From assembly GCF_006345805.1 (NCBI RefSeq), contig NC_042998.1, positions 92,008,001-92,072,000 of the forward strand: 64,000 nucleotides of DNA, given 5' to 3'. Below, one piece after another: positions 27,435 to 39,519 of the stretch. Position 1 is the first letter of the stretch; each line of letters starts with the position of its first letter. The notes beneath the pieces were generated by a model. It did no database searches and was not told the DNA's origin. It saw nothing but the letters and a program-made list of their open reading frames with translations. This DNA comes from Octopus sinensis (Eukaryota). The translations under genes were made by a program, and so were the position numbers.

Positions 27435-28886
27435 AACAACAAACAAGATGAGGACAAATATCCGTCAAATGTAAATAATTATGTACATAATACCTCATCT
27501 CTTAAATATAGAACTAGAGTTGATTTGTCCAACTAAATACTTCAAGGTGGTGCTCCAATGATTGGAACAATTAAGAGATAGAAGATATAAATAAATAAAT
27601 GAATATATAGTTTAAAATTAAATACTTCTAATATCAGGTGTAATACTGCTATTAGCCACACACAATTAAGCATTAACTGAGATAATTTTATTGTGGTAAT
27701 GCTGAAATATACTAATGATTTATATCAAACTAAATAAATATGTTTGTGCAAACAATCTGAAAAATATTGTAGGGTGCTGAGTTAATTACATTGCCAGGGT
27801 TCCTATCATCTTTCATTCCTATAGAGTGAATGATATAAATATCTGTAATCTAATGAGATTGTATAATTAATTACACTCTGCCTTTCAACAATTGGCCCTG
27901 TGTCAAAAGAAGAATCCGACAGGCAGCAAGTTGGCTGCAAAAGGAATGCAGTATTTCACACTATTTAGTTTCATTCTTTTTACATTCTATATTGAAGTAC
28001 TGTAGAAGCAAACAAATCTTGGTAAAACATTGGTTTCAATTCAATAATATGTACCCCATTACTTACAAGAACTGACTTTCTTATAGAGTCAAAATATATT
28101 GGTATAATTTGGAAAGATTATTTGTTTTCTCATCTTGTAATTAGCTGCAAATGAAAAAATACAAATATATTAAATTAAATTAAATCCAATTTGTTTTGTA
28201 CCATCCTGATCCTAAGACAAATAATGTTAATCAAAACGAATAATTTTGTTCAAATATTTAAAACTCACAAAATGCTTCACTACTTGTTTCTTTATGTTTT
28301 GTGATGTTTCTTAATCTGCTTGTGATTTTCTTATGTGTTTACTTTTGAGGCCATCTATAGAAGACTCTTATCAAAGATTAATCTTGTGTTGATCTTACAT
28401 CTAATTTTGTAGTTCATTATTCTACAGAAATTTTTTTAGCAGAAAATTTCTCTCAACAAAACAAAACTGAACAATCTTGAATTTTATATAAAGATTTCTT
28501 TCTTTCTTTTTTTTTTCTTTCTATTTTACACTTACCAATCTTTAGCTGAAAGAAGAAACTTCCTAATTATTCCACAGTGGAAAAGTTAATTATATATCTT
28601 TATTGGTTTTCAGTATGGTTGTTTGTTGAATATCTATCTATAATTGAAGTATTTGACTTATTTTAATATTACAACATTTCAGACATCACAACTTTAAATG
28701 TATTTTAATATTAGACTAGATAGGCAAACATCAAGAGAAAAAAGGAAACAACCTCTGCTGGGTTGAATCTAAAAACTAATTTCAATTTACAATTGAAGCT
28801 AAAATGAATTGGAAAGACAGGAATGTATTTATATTCCATGTATTCCTTTTAAATCTATGGATTTGTACCAAGTCAACAAGAAAATA

Positions 28887-29602
28887 TAGAGTCATCCCAT
28901 AAATAATGCAGTTTTTTTATACTTGTTTTATTGTTCAAAAGACTGTGGAATAAATGATAATCAGATGGGGCAATGTCTGGCGAATATGGTGGGTGGGGCA
29001 TTGTTTCCCCTTCAAACTGCTCCAGCCTTTGGAATATCATCCTTGCTGTATGTGGCCGAGTATTATCCTGATGAAAGAACACCTTTTGTCTTGAAGCCAA
29101 AGATGGTCGTTTTTCTTCTAGCTAGGAATTGAATGACTGGTTGAATAACCAAATCCAAGCTTCTCTGCTAGTTCCTCAACAGTTACGATGGGATTTTGTT
29201 CCTCCATAGTTTGCAGGACGTCCTTGTTGAGCTCTGCAGGTCTTCCAGGATGAGGCTTGTCTTCTAGGTTGTAGTTTCCAGCTCAGAATTTCTCGAACCA
29301 CTGTTGACATTGGCTTACACTTATTGTCCAATCCCCATATACTGCAATATATTTCTTGCACTTTCTGTTGTGCTGTTGTCTTTATTGAACTCATAAAGCA
29401 AAATATGCCAAATATGCTCCTTTGTCACTTCCATTATAGCTTTGAAAGAATAAAATTGAACTGCACTCTTCAAAACTTGCACTAAGAATAGGACACGATA
29501 AAATTACTTCCTGCTTTTATAGCAAGTTGATGCAAGTAGTTTATCCTGTTCCCCTCCTACTTTTAGTTCATGCAATTGAAAATTATATATGGGATGACCC
29601 AA
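28887..29602 (-). mobile_element. Internally deleted mariner DNA transposon
   Basis: TIRs tagagtcatcccataaataat and (rc) ttgggtcatcccatatataat, with TA on both sides. Minus-strand remnants: MEVTKEHIWHILLYEFNK...WFEKF...LEDKPHPGRP...VEELAEKL, then HQDNTRPHTA...PHPPYSPDIAPSDYHLF. Confidence 0.88.
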
Positions 29603-31195
29603 TATTTTGATAGACAGAATTTATAATTTCATAGACAGAATTTAAGCCTGAAGTTGTAAATTACTATTTGTGACTTCTAAATAAGAAACTCCATTAATAA
29701 TAAGCATTTGAAGAATGACAGTCTTATAAACAGCATAATGTTTTGGTAAAACAACTGATAATCGTAGCTCAACATTAAACAAAACATACATACACACAAA
29801 TGTATATATGTATGTATGTATATGTGTGTATATGTATATATATCTATGTATATATATGTATATATCTATATTAAGTATTATAATAGTTTATGAAGTACTG
29901 CTTTCAAATTGGCCTAAGTTATTTTATTGTCTTTTATATCATGAGTAAAACTTAATTTGCAAAAATCAACAAAAAATCAGTTTATATATTTTAAAATTAA
30001 TTCAGATTTAAAAATAAATATTTTCACTTTTAAAACATTACCTTTTGAAGTTTTAATAAAATTAATTACTCTCCATATCTGACATAATACTGCTCAATCT
30101 CCCTTCTTAGATCTTCTCTTTTCAAATTTAGGAAAAGGTAGATTAACATAAAAAATAATATAATTGAATTTTCCAAATATAGGAGTTTTGTTTGTTTCAT
30201 TGTTTCTTTTTTTTTCCAACTAAAATATCTGTTTCTGTAGTGTCTTTATTCGTGCAGATTGTGTCCAAGCTGTTTGTGGAATTTACAAATGAAAGGTAGA
30301 GTAATGTTAGGATTCTAAAATAGTTTGAATGTCTTTAGAGGAGATTGGCTTTCAAGAATATCTCTTGTGTATTTCTTGATTGTCACACCTGATCAAATAT
30401 CTACTTATAGGTAGACTTGTTATTGTGGAGTTTACAGTCTTGATATTTGGTTAACTTTTGTCCAAAAAAGCCATGAATTTAAAGGAAATATTTAAATTTA
30501 AAGGAAATATTTAAAAGTTGATAAAAGGTGAAAAGGCCATTAAGTAATCAGACTCAAGGTGATTGAAATTATTTAATTTCTTCAGCATATTACCTTGATT
30601 GATTCCCAAAATGTGCATGCAGTATGTGTGGAAAGGAAAATTTTCTGTTTTGTACCTGTTTAAATATTTAAATAATTTCATGTTGTTAATTTCATCAATA
30701 CAAATAACTTTATATGATGAAATAGAAAAGCTACTATTTTTATTATGGTTGAACCTTTAAACTGGGGTAGCTTGTACATTAGTCTTATATTTAATTATTT
30801 TGATATTAGCAAATATGTAATTGTCTAATGAAAATTTATATTCTGCTGTATGGTTTGCCTATTTCAAAATGTAAAGTTATTTTCATTATAAAATTTTCAA
30901 CTTGAAAAAGCAATTACTATGAAATTGCAAAATTATATATTTTATAACCATTTACAAGCATATAAATTGTTGTGTAGACGTTTTTATCAGAATTTCCATT
31001 GTGCTAAAGCAGATTGTGAATATTTAATATTTTTACATTTAAAATATTTTCTAAAGCATTCAAACTATTTTGTATTGAAAAAACTGACTGTACATTTTGT
31101 TGTTTTCTGTTATTGGTAACTTTGTCCATGGTTTCTGTTTTATATTTATCAAGAAATTATTTCTGTAACAAATTAAGAAATTAGAAAAACTACCC

Positions 31196-31196
<1 letters not shown>

Positions 31197-31286
<90 letters not shown>

Positions 31287-31351
31287 CATGAATGTATGTG
31301 TGTGAATGTATGTAAATGCACATGCATGTGTGTGTGCATGTGTGTGCATGC

Positions 31352-31386
<35 letters not shown>
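31197..31386. repeat. (TG)n microsatellite block
   Basis: Directly visible. Confidence 0.95.
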
Positions 31387-32771
31387 CAGTCAATAATCAT
31401 TCATCTGATATTTTAAAATCCAAAATCTTCCAAAATTCAAATTTTTCTCAGTGGGAGGTCATATATAAATCAGGTTTTATTTTGTTGCACTTTTACAAGA
31501 AATTTTCTAAATTAATATATCAAAGTAACTGATTATGTTCAGTTGTTTCATGGAACCACAAACGTCTTTGGCATTAGACCTGCCATAGATCTTCCATATT
31601 GGGAGCAAACAGAAAAGCAGTCCCTGATTCATCAATTGCTGCAATAGGAAGCAGCCCATTAAAATAGAGTAATCTTCAGTCATACAGGAGACCAAGTCTA
31701 AGAGTTTGCAACATTGTAGGCTTTGTTAAAAACACTCAGTTGCCAGGTGAGATGATAGATTTGGTCTGTAACTAAAACAGTGAATATACACAGCCATCAA
31801 AGTTTGATGAGTAAGGAAATCTTCCAGAGATGTACTGCAAATATTAGGGTGCATAAGGATTTATTTAATCTGAAATAGAAAATATGATACAGTGAAAATA
31901 AGAATAAATGTAAATGTTTAAAATTAACAAAGGACAAATATTACATTAGCTACTTCAAGTTTCATGCTAAGAAAGTGCAATATTTGAAAATGCTTATATA
32001 ATGCTTGAAATTGTAGAACCCTAAAGACTGTCAAAATTAAAATTTTTTTTTAAGAAAGACACTACAAACGGAAAATTCCAGAAAGCAATTGAAATATTAC
32101 CTTCACCTGATTTTAAAATTATTTTTATTCATTTAGTTGGCTGCTGAAATTATCAGACAGTGGGAAATATGATTATAAGAATTATTATTTTATATCTATA
32201 AAAAACAGAAATTCAAAGATGATTCATACTTCTTTTAGCAATGTTGGAGTATAACAAATTTTTACTTTTGTAAAAATAGTTTTCACATAGATTTGCTGCT
32301 CCATAACATAAAAGACTTTGATTTGCTTTAAATTACACATATGGTAGTCATGCAATGTCTGTAAAGTTTTCGAAACTGTATTTTCTTGATTTCTTTAAAA
32401 TTATAATTCCTGAAACAATATTGTTCTTTGTTTGAAAATCTTATTTTTGATATCATTTTCAAAACTGAATGAAAGGCATTATGCACTAAGATTGCATTTA
32501 TGTCATTAATTCCTGAATTTATGAATATGTCAATAAGTTCATGGAAAATAGACATTTGAAGGAAAAATGGTAGGAAGGGAAGGAGAGGTAAGTCACTTAA
32601 TCTTTACAATTTGCAAAATGTTCCAAATGATTTATCACAGAAATATTACACTAGTATGTTTCTGATACAATAAAGACAACATTATGTATTCCTAATCTAT
32701 TTTCTAGAACACTACCATAGTCTTTTTATTCGTTGTTTTATTAAATTAAATATTGTAATAATTTATTCTAG

Positions 32772-32944
32772 GTTAAAAGATGGAGAAGCTCTCAGCTCAA
32801 GTGATCATATCACAATTGTTTGTAAAGGAGGTTTACACCAATTGCACATTCACAAATGTACAGGAGACGATGAAGCTATTTATACATGTATCTCTTCAGC
32901 TGGTGGAAAATCTGCTTCTTGCATGGCAATGTTGTCTACAAAGA
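32772..32944 (+). CDS. Internal exon: C-terminal half of an I-set Ig domain of a titin/obscurin-like protein
   Basis: Acceptor tttattctag|G and donor A|gtaagt. Translates (W)LKDGEALSSSDHITIVCKGGLHQLHIHKCTGDDEAIYTCISSAGGKSASCMAMLSTK, with the WxKDG, LxI and DxAxYxC I-set motifs. Starts in phase 2 and ends in phase 1. Confidence 0.9.
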
Positions 32945-33289
32945 GTAAGTGTAACTTTCCAAATTATTTTATTTCTAGTTCTGATTTTATGTGTTGAAAC
33001 AAGTCCTCTCATCTTGTGAGTTGAAAAGCATGTGGTAAATTGTTCTCTTATAAGTGTAAAATAAAAAAAATTAGCATTACTAATTTAACCCTTTTGTTAC
33101 CCTATTTCTTGTGAAATACATTGCCTTTGTTTCAAATGATTCTGAAAATCATCATCAAAGTTTTTTTTTATTAAGCTGGTGTTTGAAATATAAATTAAAA
33201 TGAAATTTTGGTAGAAAGTTCTAATTTAGATCTCTTCAACACAGGAAACTTATATCACAGGATCAATGGCATTTCAAGATGACTTGGTT

Positions 33290-33705
33290 ACTCTTACTCG
33301 TTTACTCTTTTACTTGTTTCAGTCATTTGACTGTGGCTATGCTGGAGCACTGCCTTTAGTAAAGCAAATCGACCCCAGGACTTATTCTTTGTAAGCCTAG
33401 TGCTTATTCTATCGGTCTCATTTGCTGAACAGCTAAGTTACGGTGATGTAAACACACCATCATTGGTTGCCAAGCGATGTTGGTGGGGACAAACACGGAC
33501 ACACAAACATACACACACATATATATATATGTACATATATATGACGGGCTTCTTTCAGTTTCTGTCGACCAAATCCACTCACAAGGCTTTGGTCAACCCG
33601 AGGCTATAGTAGATGACACTTGCCCAAGGTGCCATGCAGTGGGACTGAACCCAGAACCATGTGGTTAGTAAACAAGCTACTTATCACACAGTCACTCCTA
33701 CGCCT
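33290..33705 (-). mobile_element. SINE A
   Basis: (TACTCTT)n tail, ctttagtaaagcaaatcgaccccaggac body and gggactgaacccagaaccatgtgg head. Confidence 0.8.
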
Positions 33706-34959
33706 GGTTGTTTAAAAATATATTGAAGTTATAATAATAATTATAGATGAACTGAATCTTAATCTGTAGCTTTTATACCACTACTATCTTCATGCTGTTT
33801 AATAAGTTGCTAGTATGTAGATTACAAAGATTGAAGTCTGTAGAATCCATCATAATTAGAGAAGAAATTAGGTGAAAAATTACACAATACACTATTACTG
33901 ATAATCATCTTCAACACTAGTTTCATTAGAATGGTGCAGATAATCACGACTTTCTGTTTCAGTGTAGATGCCTCAGGAGAATAAGAATCTGAATAGATTT
34001 TTTTTTCTTTTTAAGATGGAAACCAATACAAAAATGCACAGTGTTTAATGGTGAAAATCTGTGCAAAATCTATTGTTATATTAGTTTTTAGAAAGCAAAT
34101 TATTAGTCACACTTGTTGAATTAGACAGATGGTAGAGATATGAATAGCTATATGGTTAGAGTAAATAAGAATAGCGTTATATGATATTGTTCATGAGAAA
34201 CAGCTACCATCTGAGAAAAACACTATCTTATTCATATGAATAATAAAATTGGAGGTAAAATAAAAGGTAAAAGGATTTGTTGCGTTATACGATAGTGTTA
34301 TCAGAAAGTGCTACCATAAGAAAGAAAACACTGTCTTACACATTTAAAAATAAAACTGGATGTGAAATAAAAAGTAAAAAAGTATTTGCTTCTCAGGAGG
34401 AAACATCTAAAAGAAATTCCATTATCATGATCTGTAACCATAACATAAACTTCTATCAATGATATACTGTTTTTAATATAGAGTTCTAAACTTAGATATT
34501 TTAAAGACTGAATATATATATATATATATATATATATACTCAATCTTAAAACTTAAAAATATCTTGTTTTGCAAGAATTTAGATCTGAAAACATGTGATG
34601 TAACCAATATTGTTATATTTGGGGAGAGTTGTTATTAATAAAGCCTATAACCATACCAGTTGTTTTTTTTACTATATTTCACTTCTTTTCCATAAGCAAT
34701 AGTTTAATTATACCTCCCAAAATATTTTTCACATCAACTTGTAGTCTTTACAATGATTGGTTTTTAGTTTTTTTTTTGCTGTTGTTATATCTATACAGTA
34801 AGTGTGTGAGCTTATAACACTAGTGTTAATTTGTTTATTTATTCAGAATGCATGTGTGGTGGGGTGCATGCCTATGTATTGGTTGACTTCAGTTATTTTA
34901 AAACTTATTTTATCATTTTCCTGTATTATTGTGGTGGAGGGTTACCATTAGGCCCACAA

Positions 34960-35061
34960 CACTCATTCTTTACGTTAAATATGTGAGTGGAGGTGGGAGT
35001 CTATCTCCTATACAAACATGAGAAGCTGACACACTCACATACTTGATATGAAGAATGAGTG
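34960..35061. repeat. 30-bp imperfect inverted repeat (hairpin)
   Basis: Arms at 34960-34989 and 35032-35061. Confidence 0.75.
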
Positions 35062-36048
35062 GTGTAACAATGCTGTCCCTTAAGACAACACACCACCATA
35101 AATAGTACAAGAATATGGATAAGTCCAAGAACAATTAAAGTCAACTAACAAACACATGCATACACACTTACACACACGTTTTGATGTTAGTAACAAGAAA
35201 AAAAAACAAAGTAAACAAATAAACCCAACTGTCATTAGTTTACATGCTTACTATAGAGATAATAACGGTATATTGGCAGTCACTCGAGTCTGAGAAAGAC
35301 AATTCTGTAACTTCTTGCCAAGCAACCTACATAGGTGAATTGTTTATAGTGAGCAAATGTTTGTGCTGTACGTAAGCTCATTCCTTCTATCAAATCAATA
35401 TTACCTGAACAGGTGCAAGGTGTTTCACAAGTCAGATGTCAAAGCGATGGGCTATAGAGATATATAAACAGTAACATTAGTTAAATATTTAAAAAAAAAC
35501 AAGCATTTAAAAGAAAAAAATAGACACTCATTGAAAAGGCTGCTGGTCAATGTGATGAAAAATATGTTAAGAGACATAAGCAACTATCTGCTTTGAAATG
35601 AGAAGTGAAATAGAGACAAATAACAATGGATGAATGAGTTTACATGTATACATATACATAATGTGTATGTGTGAGTGTAGGTATATAGTGGTCTAAAAAT
35701 TCATTGATCAGAAAAAATAGGCATTCATATATTGGTTAATACAGTGGGTATATCATTATCAATAAAATACAATATTAAATTCTCCTATCAGCTGTTTTAT
35801 CAATCAGTTTCATACCAGGAGTTGAAATAACACCAGCAATCGTCAGAAAAGGCTAAAAGGAATAGTATGGTGTGAGTTCTCTGCCACTGGAGGTCTGAAT
35901 GTGTCACATCTAGTCTGTGGATCATATAGGTGTTGTAAATAAACTGGAATGAAATCAACCACGTCAAAACCAAGAGTGTAAAGTAATTTAGCTCACTGGA
36001 GTTATGACCCTTGGATTGCAAAAGCAAAATAAGAATTGATCAGTGTAG

Positions 36049-36138
36049 CTTCCTGGCTTGCCAGTCCTCAGTCAAACCGTCCAACCCATGCTAGCATGGA
36101 AAGTGAATGTTAAATGATGATGATGATGATGATGATGA
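36049..36138 (+). mobile_element. Very short RTE 3' tail
   Basis: gtcaaaccgtccaacccatgctagcatggaaagtgaatgttaaatgatgatgat. Confidence 0.7.
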
Positions 36139-36311
36139 CTGTATGGGAGATATTTGCCTATAGAGTGGAGTTGGGGCTGGAATGAGTGCATGATGGGGTA
36201 AGGGTTGAGTGAGGGCAGAGTGGGGTAAAGGTGGCATAAAGATACAGAGGTAGGAATAGGGATGGGGTTCAGTGGGAGAGAGCTAATTTTAAAATCATGT
36301 GGTAGTGGCTA

Positions 36312-36506
36312 GGCAGAGATGTGGCTTTTTGGTAAGAAGTTTGCTTCCCAACCACATGGTTCTGGGATCAGTCCCACTAGGGCAAGTGTCTTCAACTTTT
36401 GCACTGAATCAACCAAAGCCTTGAGAGTGGATAAAATAAATGGAAACTGAAATATGCCTGTCACATATATATGTGTGTGTGTGCGTGCGTGTGTGTGTGT
36501 GTGTGT

Positions 36507-36545
<39 letters not shown>

Positions 36546-36790
36546 CTATGTGTGTGTGTGTCTTTGTGTTTGTTCCCCACCACTGCTTGATAACTGGGCT
36601 TGGTGTGTTTACATCCCTGTTACTTAGTGGTTTGGCAAAAGAGACTCTTAGAAAAAGTACCAGGTTTTTTTTTTTTAAATAAAAGACAGAAAGAAATACT
36701 GGGGTTGGTTTGTTTGACTAAACCTGTCAAGGCAGTGCTCCAGCATCACCACAATGCAATGACTGAAATAGGTTAAACAAAAAAGATAAA
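36312..36790 (+). mobile_element. SINE A with internal (TG)n
   Basis: Head, core and tail all match family A. Confidence 0.75.
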
Positions 36791-36984
36791 AGAAACAATT
36801 GTTAGAAGTGGAAAAGCAATGTCCATAACACACTAACTCTGTGACTAATAGGAGGAAAGGAGGAAGTTAACCTCAGAACCAATGCACTTGCAATACAGTA
36901 GATTCCCCTAAAGGCACACCATGGGATATGTGTCGTGGTTAAACCAGGTGACAGATCAGTATATAGTCTCACCCAACCCCAAAA

Positions 36985-37160
36985 GAAATAGTTCTTCTGA
37001 TTGGGTTCTGCATATTTTACATCTACCAAATTTCCCTTTCAAAGCTTTGGTCAATCATATCTATGATGGATGATATTTGCTCAAGATTCCAGACTATGAG
37101 CTTGAACCTGAAATTGCATAGTTTAAAGTGAAGATTTTAACCACACAACCATGTCTTCAC
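36985..37160 (-). mobile_element. SINE A, degenerate 5' half
   Basis: ctaccaaatttcc..caaagctttggtc...gatatttgctcaag...gaacctgaaa. Confidence 0.5.
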
Positions 37161-37504
37161 CCATTTTTGAAACACAATTAAATGACTGTTTAAGTTATGA
37201 CTAGAATAGTGTTAATTAAAGTTAATTCTAATAACTTTCATTAACATTTTTTCTAGTGTATATTTAAATCTTTTGATGTGGAACAGATTGTTATTTTTGC
37301 AATCTGCCTAGTATTAAGCCACCTGTGTTTTCATTGATAAATATAGCAAAATTTGATTGTGTAATATTATAAACAACTACACAAATTATTTTTGTGCTTA
37401 GGAAATATAATATGTTTGCAGCTTAACTCCTGATGGAAATATGTTCTAGAAGCTAAAGCATATGGTTGACATAGAAGAGATATTTACAGAACCATAATCA
37501 TCAC

Positions 37505-37814
37505 AGTTCTATATTTAAGGGATGAGGAATTATGTACATTATTTACATTATTTACATTCGACGGATATTTCTCCTCATTTTGTTTGTTGTTAACACAACG
37601 TTTCGGCTGATACACCGTCCAGCCTTCTTCAGAGGTCTTGGGGAAATTTCAAACCTGGTTTCTCATTCCTAAGGTATTTTTCGATGTTGTTGTTATTATT
37701 ATTATTATTATTATTAGTGTTCAGGTCACTGCTTGAAATCGAATGGGAATCTTGGGGTTAGTAGCCTGCGCACTTAACCACTACTGCATATGCCCGTGGT
37801 ATATAGCGTAGTGA
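37505..37814 (-). mobile_element. Solo PLE terminal-repeat copy (tRNA-like head + (AAT)n + hammerhead + tail)
   Basis: Reverse complement is collinear with 25940-26035 plus 27341-27515. Both copies end in aaatatagaact. Confidence 0.8.
37592..37637 (-). ncRNA. Minimal type I hammerhead ribozyme motif
   Basis: Minus strand GACCT-CTGAAGA-A-GGCTG(GACGGTGTAT)CAGCC-GAAA-CGT-T-GTGTT. It has the CUGAnGA/GAAA core, a perfect 5-bp stem II and a palindromic ACGU stem III. Stem I is imperfect in this copy. Confidence 0.7.
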
Positions 37815-38078
37815 CATAATCATCATACTCATAAAAATGTTTATTAACTACATTAATACATAGCCATATTTGCAACATTAAACTGTCATTACTACTAGAG
37901 GGATGACTGGAAAATTAAGACATCAATTTTATTTTATTTTATTTTATTTTATTTATTTGTGTAAAATAGAAGATTGTATGATTGCATGAACTGAAAGTTG
38001 ATGCTGAAGAGAATTAAGTGGATAATATATATCTCTAAGATTTGAACTAGCAAGGAAATATATTTTTTTTATTATAGT

Positions 38079-38287
38079 TTAACCTTTTAGCATTTAGATT
38101 GGCCATACCCAGCCCAAGCTATTCAAACTAACCAGATTCAGCCTCTCACACCTACCCTTCAATGTCATTCTAAAAGCAATCACATCATTGAAATTTCAAA
38201 CCAGTGAGATAATGTGTAATTAATTCCAAACAATGTTCATAAATAAGTATTACATTTGACAGAATAATCCGAATGTTGAAGAGTTAA
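38079..38287. mobile_element. Short non-autonomous element with TTAA target duplication (piggyBac-type MITE)
   Basis: TTAA-ccttttagcatt ... aatgttgaagag-TTAA: imperfect terminal inverted repeats between two TTAA. Confidence 0.5.
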
Positions 38288-39224
38288 GGACAGTTTTATG
38301 TCCCATTTAGGGCACTAAAGATTATCTACTGTGATAAAATGGGTACCAGAAAGCTCAATATTATCAACTAGGAAATTTTAATTAATCAAAATTATACCCT
38401 TTGTGGTGAGAAGAATCTATCATAATAGGAAAGAAGGGTTTTGCTCATGACCCTTTGCAAGGCCTCCAAAATGGTGGATGAGGAGGAGGAAGGTTTCTTC
38501 AAACCAGAAACCTGACTGAAATGCTTGCATCAAAATGGGCTCCACTAAAAGCAACCATTGTGTTAAATGGTAGTGTTAAACTGTGTGATGGATTAATAAT
38601 ACTACAAAACAACCTATCCAATGTTCAAATGTTTCCATCAGTCTGTTTTGTGTGTGTGTGGGTGGGGGGGTCAGTTCCTTATTTATCAAACTTGGAAAAA
38701 TGAGAAGCAAAGTTCACATTAGCAGAATTTGAAATGATAATGTAAGGTGCCAAATACCACAATGCATTCTGTCTGCTCTAACGACATTACCAATTTCCTG
38801 CCTACAGAAGAGTAACATTAGTGATATACTTACAGTTATGCTGAAAATGTATGCCAACAATTATAATAATTAAAATTTTCTAATTTAATTTATTGTAGAA
38901 AGGAGAACGTTAGATTTTAACTACTGTCTAATGATGAAGTTTATTTAGATATTAGTTTTTTTAACTGGCATAGCACTTAAGTAAAGATTAAGAAGACAGA
39001 AGCATGACTATACTGATAAAGATAAGACTCTCTCTCCACCACCACATTCCATATTTAATCAACTGTAATTAATTAACTGAAGTTTTAGGGTTGTCTCCTT
39101 AACCTTTCCTTGACCTTGTGGTTTAAGGTACATTCCCTAATGCATGGTCTCTGGCTGACCAATGCTTTGAGTGTGAGACTGGTAGGTGGAAACTGCAAGA
39201 AGCCCACAGACATATGCACACACG

Positions 39225-39405
39225 GACACACACACACACACACATGCACATACACATACACTCACATACACAGACACATGGATACTTATACAACAGGCTT
39301 CTATCAGTTTCTGTCTACCAAATCTATTCACAAGGCTTTGTGTCTTCTACTATAGCCCTAGGCTACTGATCCCAAAGCCACATGGTTGCAAAGCAAACTT
39401 TTAAA
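39225..39405 (-). mobile_element. SINE A, 5' half
   Basis: caggcttctatcagtttctgtctaccaaatctattcacaaggctttg...ccacatggttgcaaagcaaac. Confidence 0.65.
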
Positions 39406-39519
39406 CTATTCGGCTATATACCTGCACCTTCAGACATGTCTGCATTTATGTTAATGTTATTATTATGGCAAATTATCAGAATCATTATGACACTGAAAAA
39501 ATTATGCCTTGTACTTATT

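Larger units (their letters stand above)
25932..27515 (+). mobile_element. Inverted PLE terminal repeat (pLTR-like): tRNA-like head, (AAT)n with nested insertions, hammerhead-bearing tail
   Basis: The head (25932-26035) and tail (27341-27515) are collinear with the uninterrupted solo copy at 37505-37814 (reverse complement). Positions 26091-27274 are foreign insertions within (AAT)n. Confidence 0.75.

Noticed and set aside
31507-31760. Possible Tc1/mariner-like remnant (DYSI motif on the minus strand)
   Set aside because: Only a 4-residue match, with no TIRs or other transposase motifs.
33085-33290. Second TTAA-CCCTTT piggyBac-type MITE
   Set aside because: Only the left end is recognisable, and there is no matching right end after the SINE A insertion.
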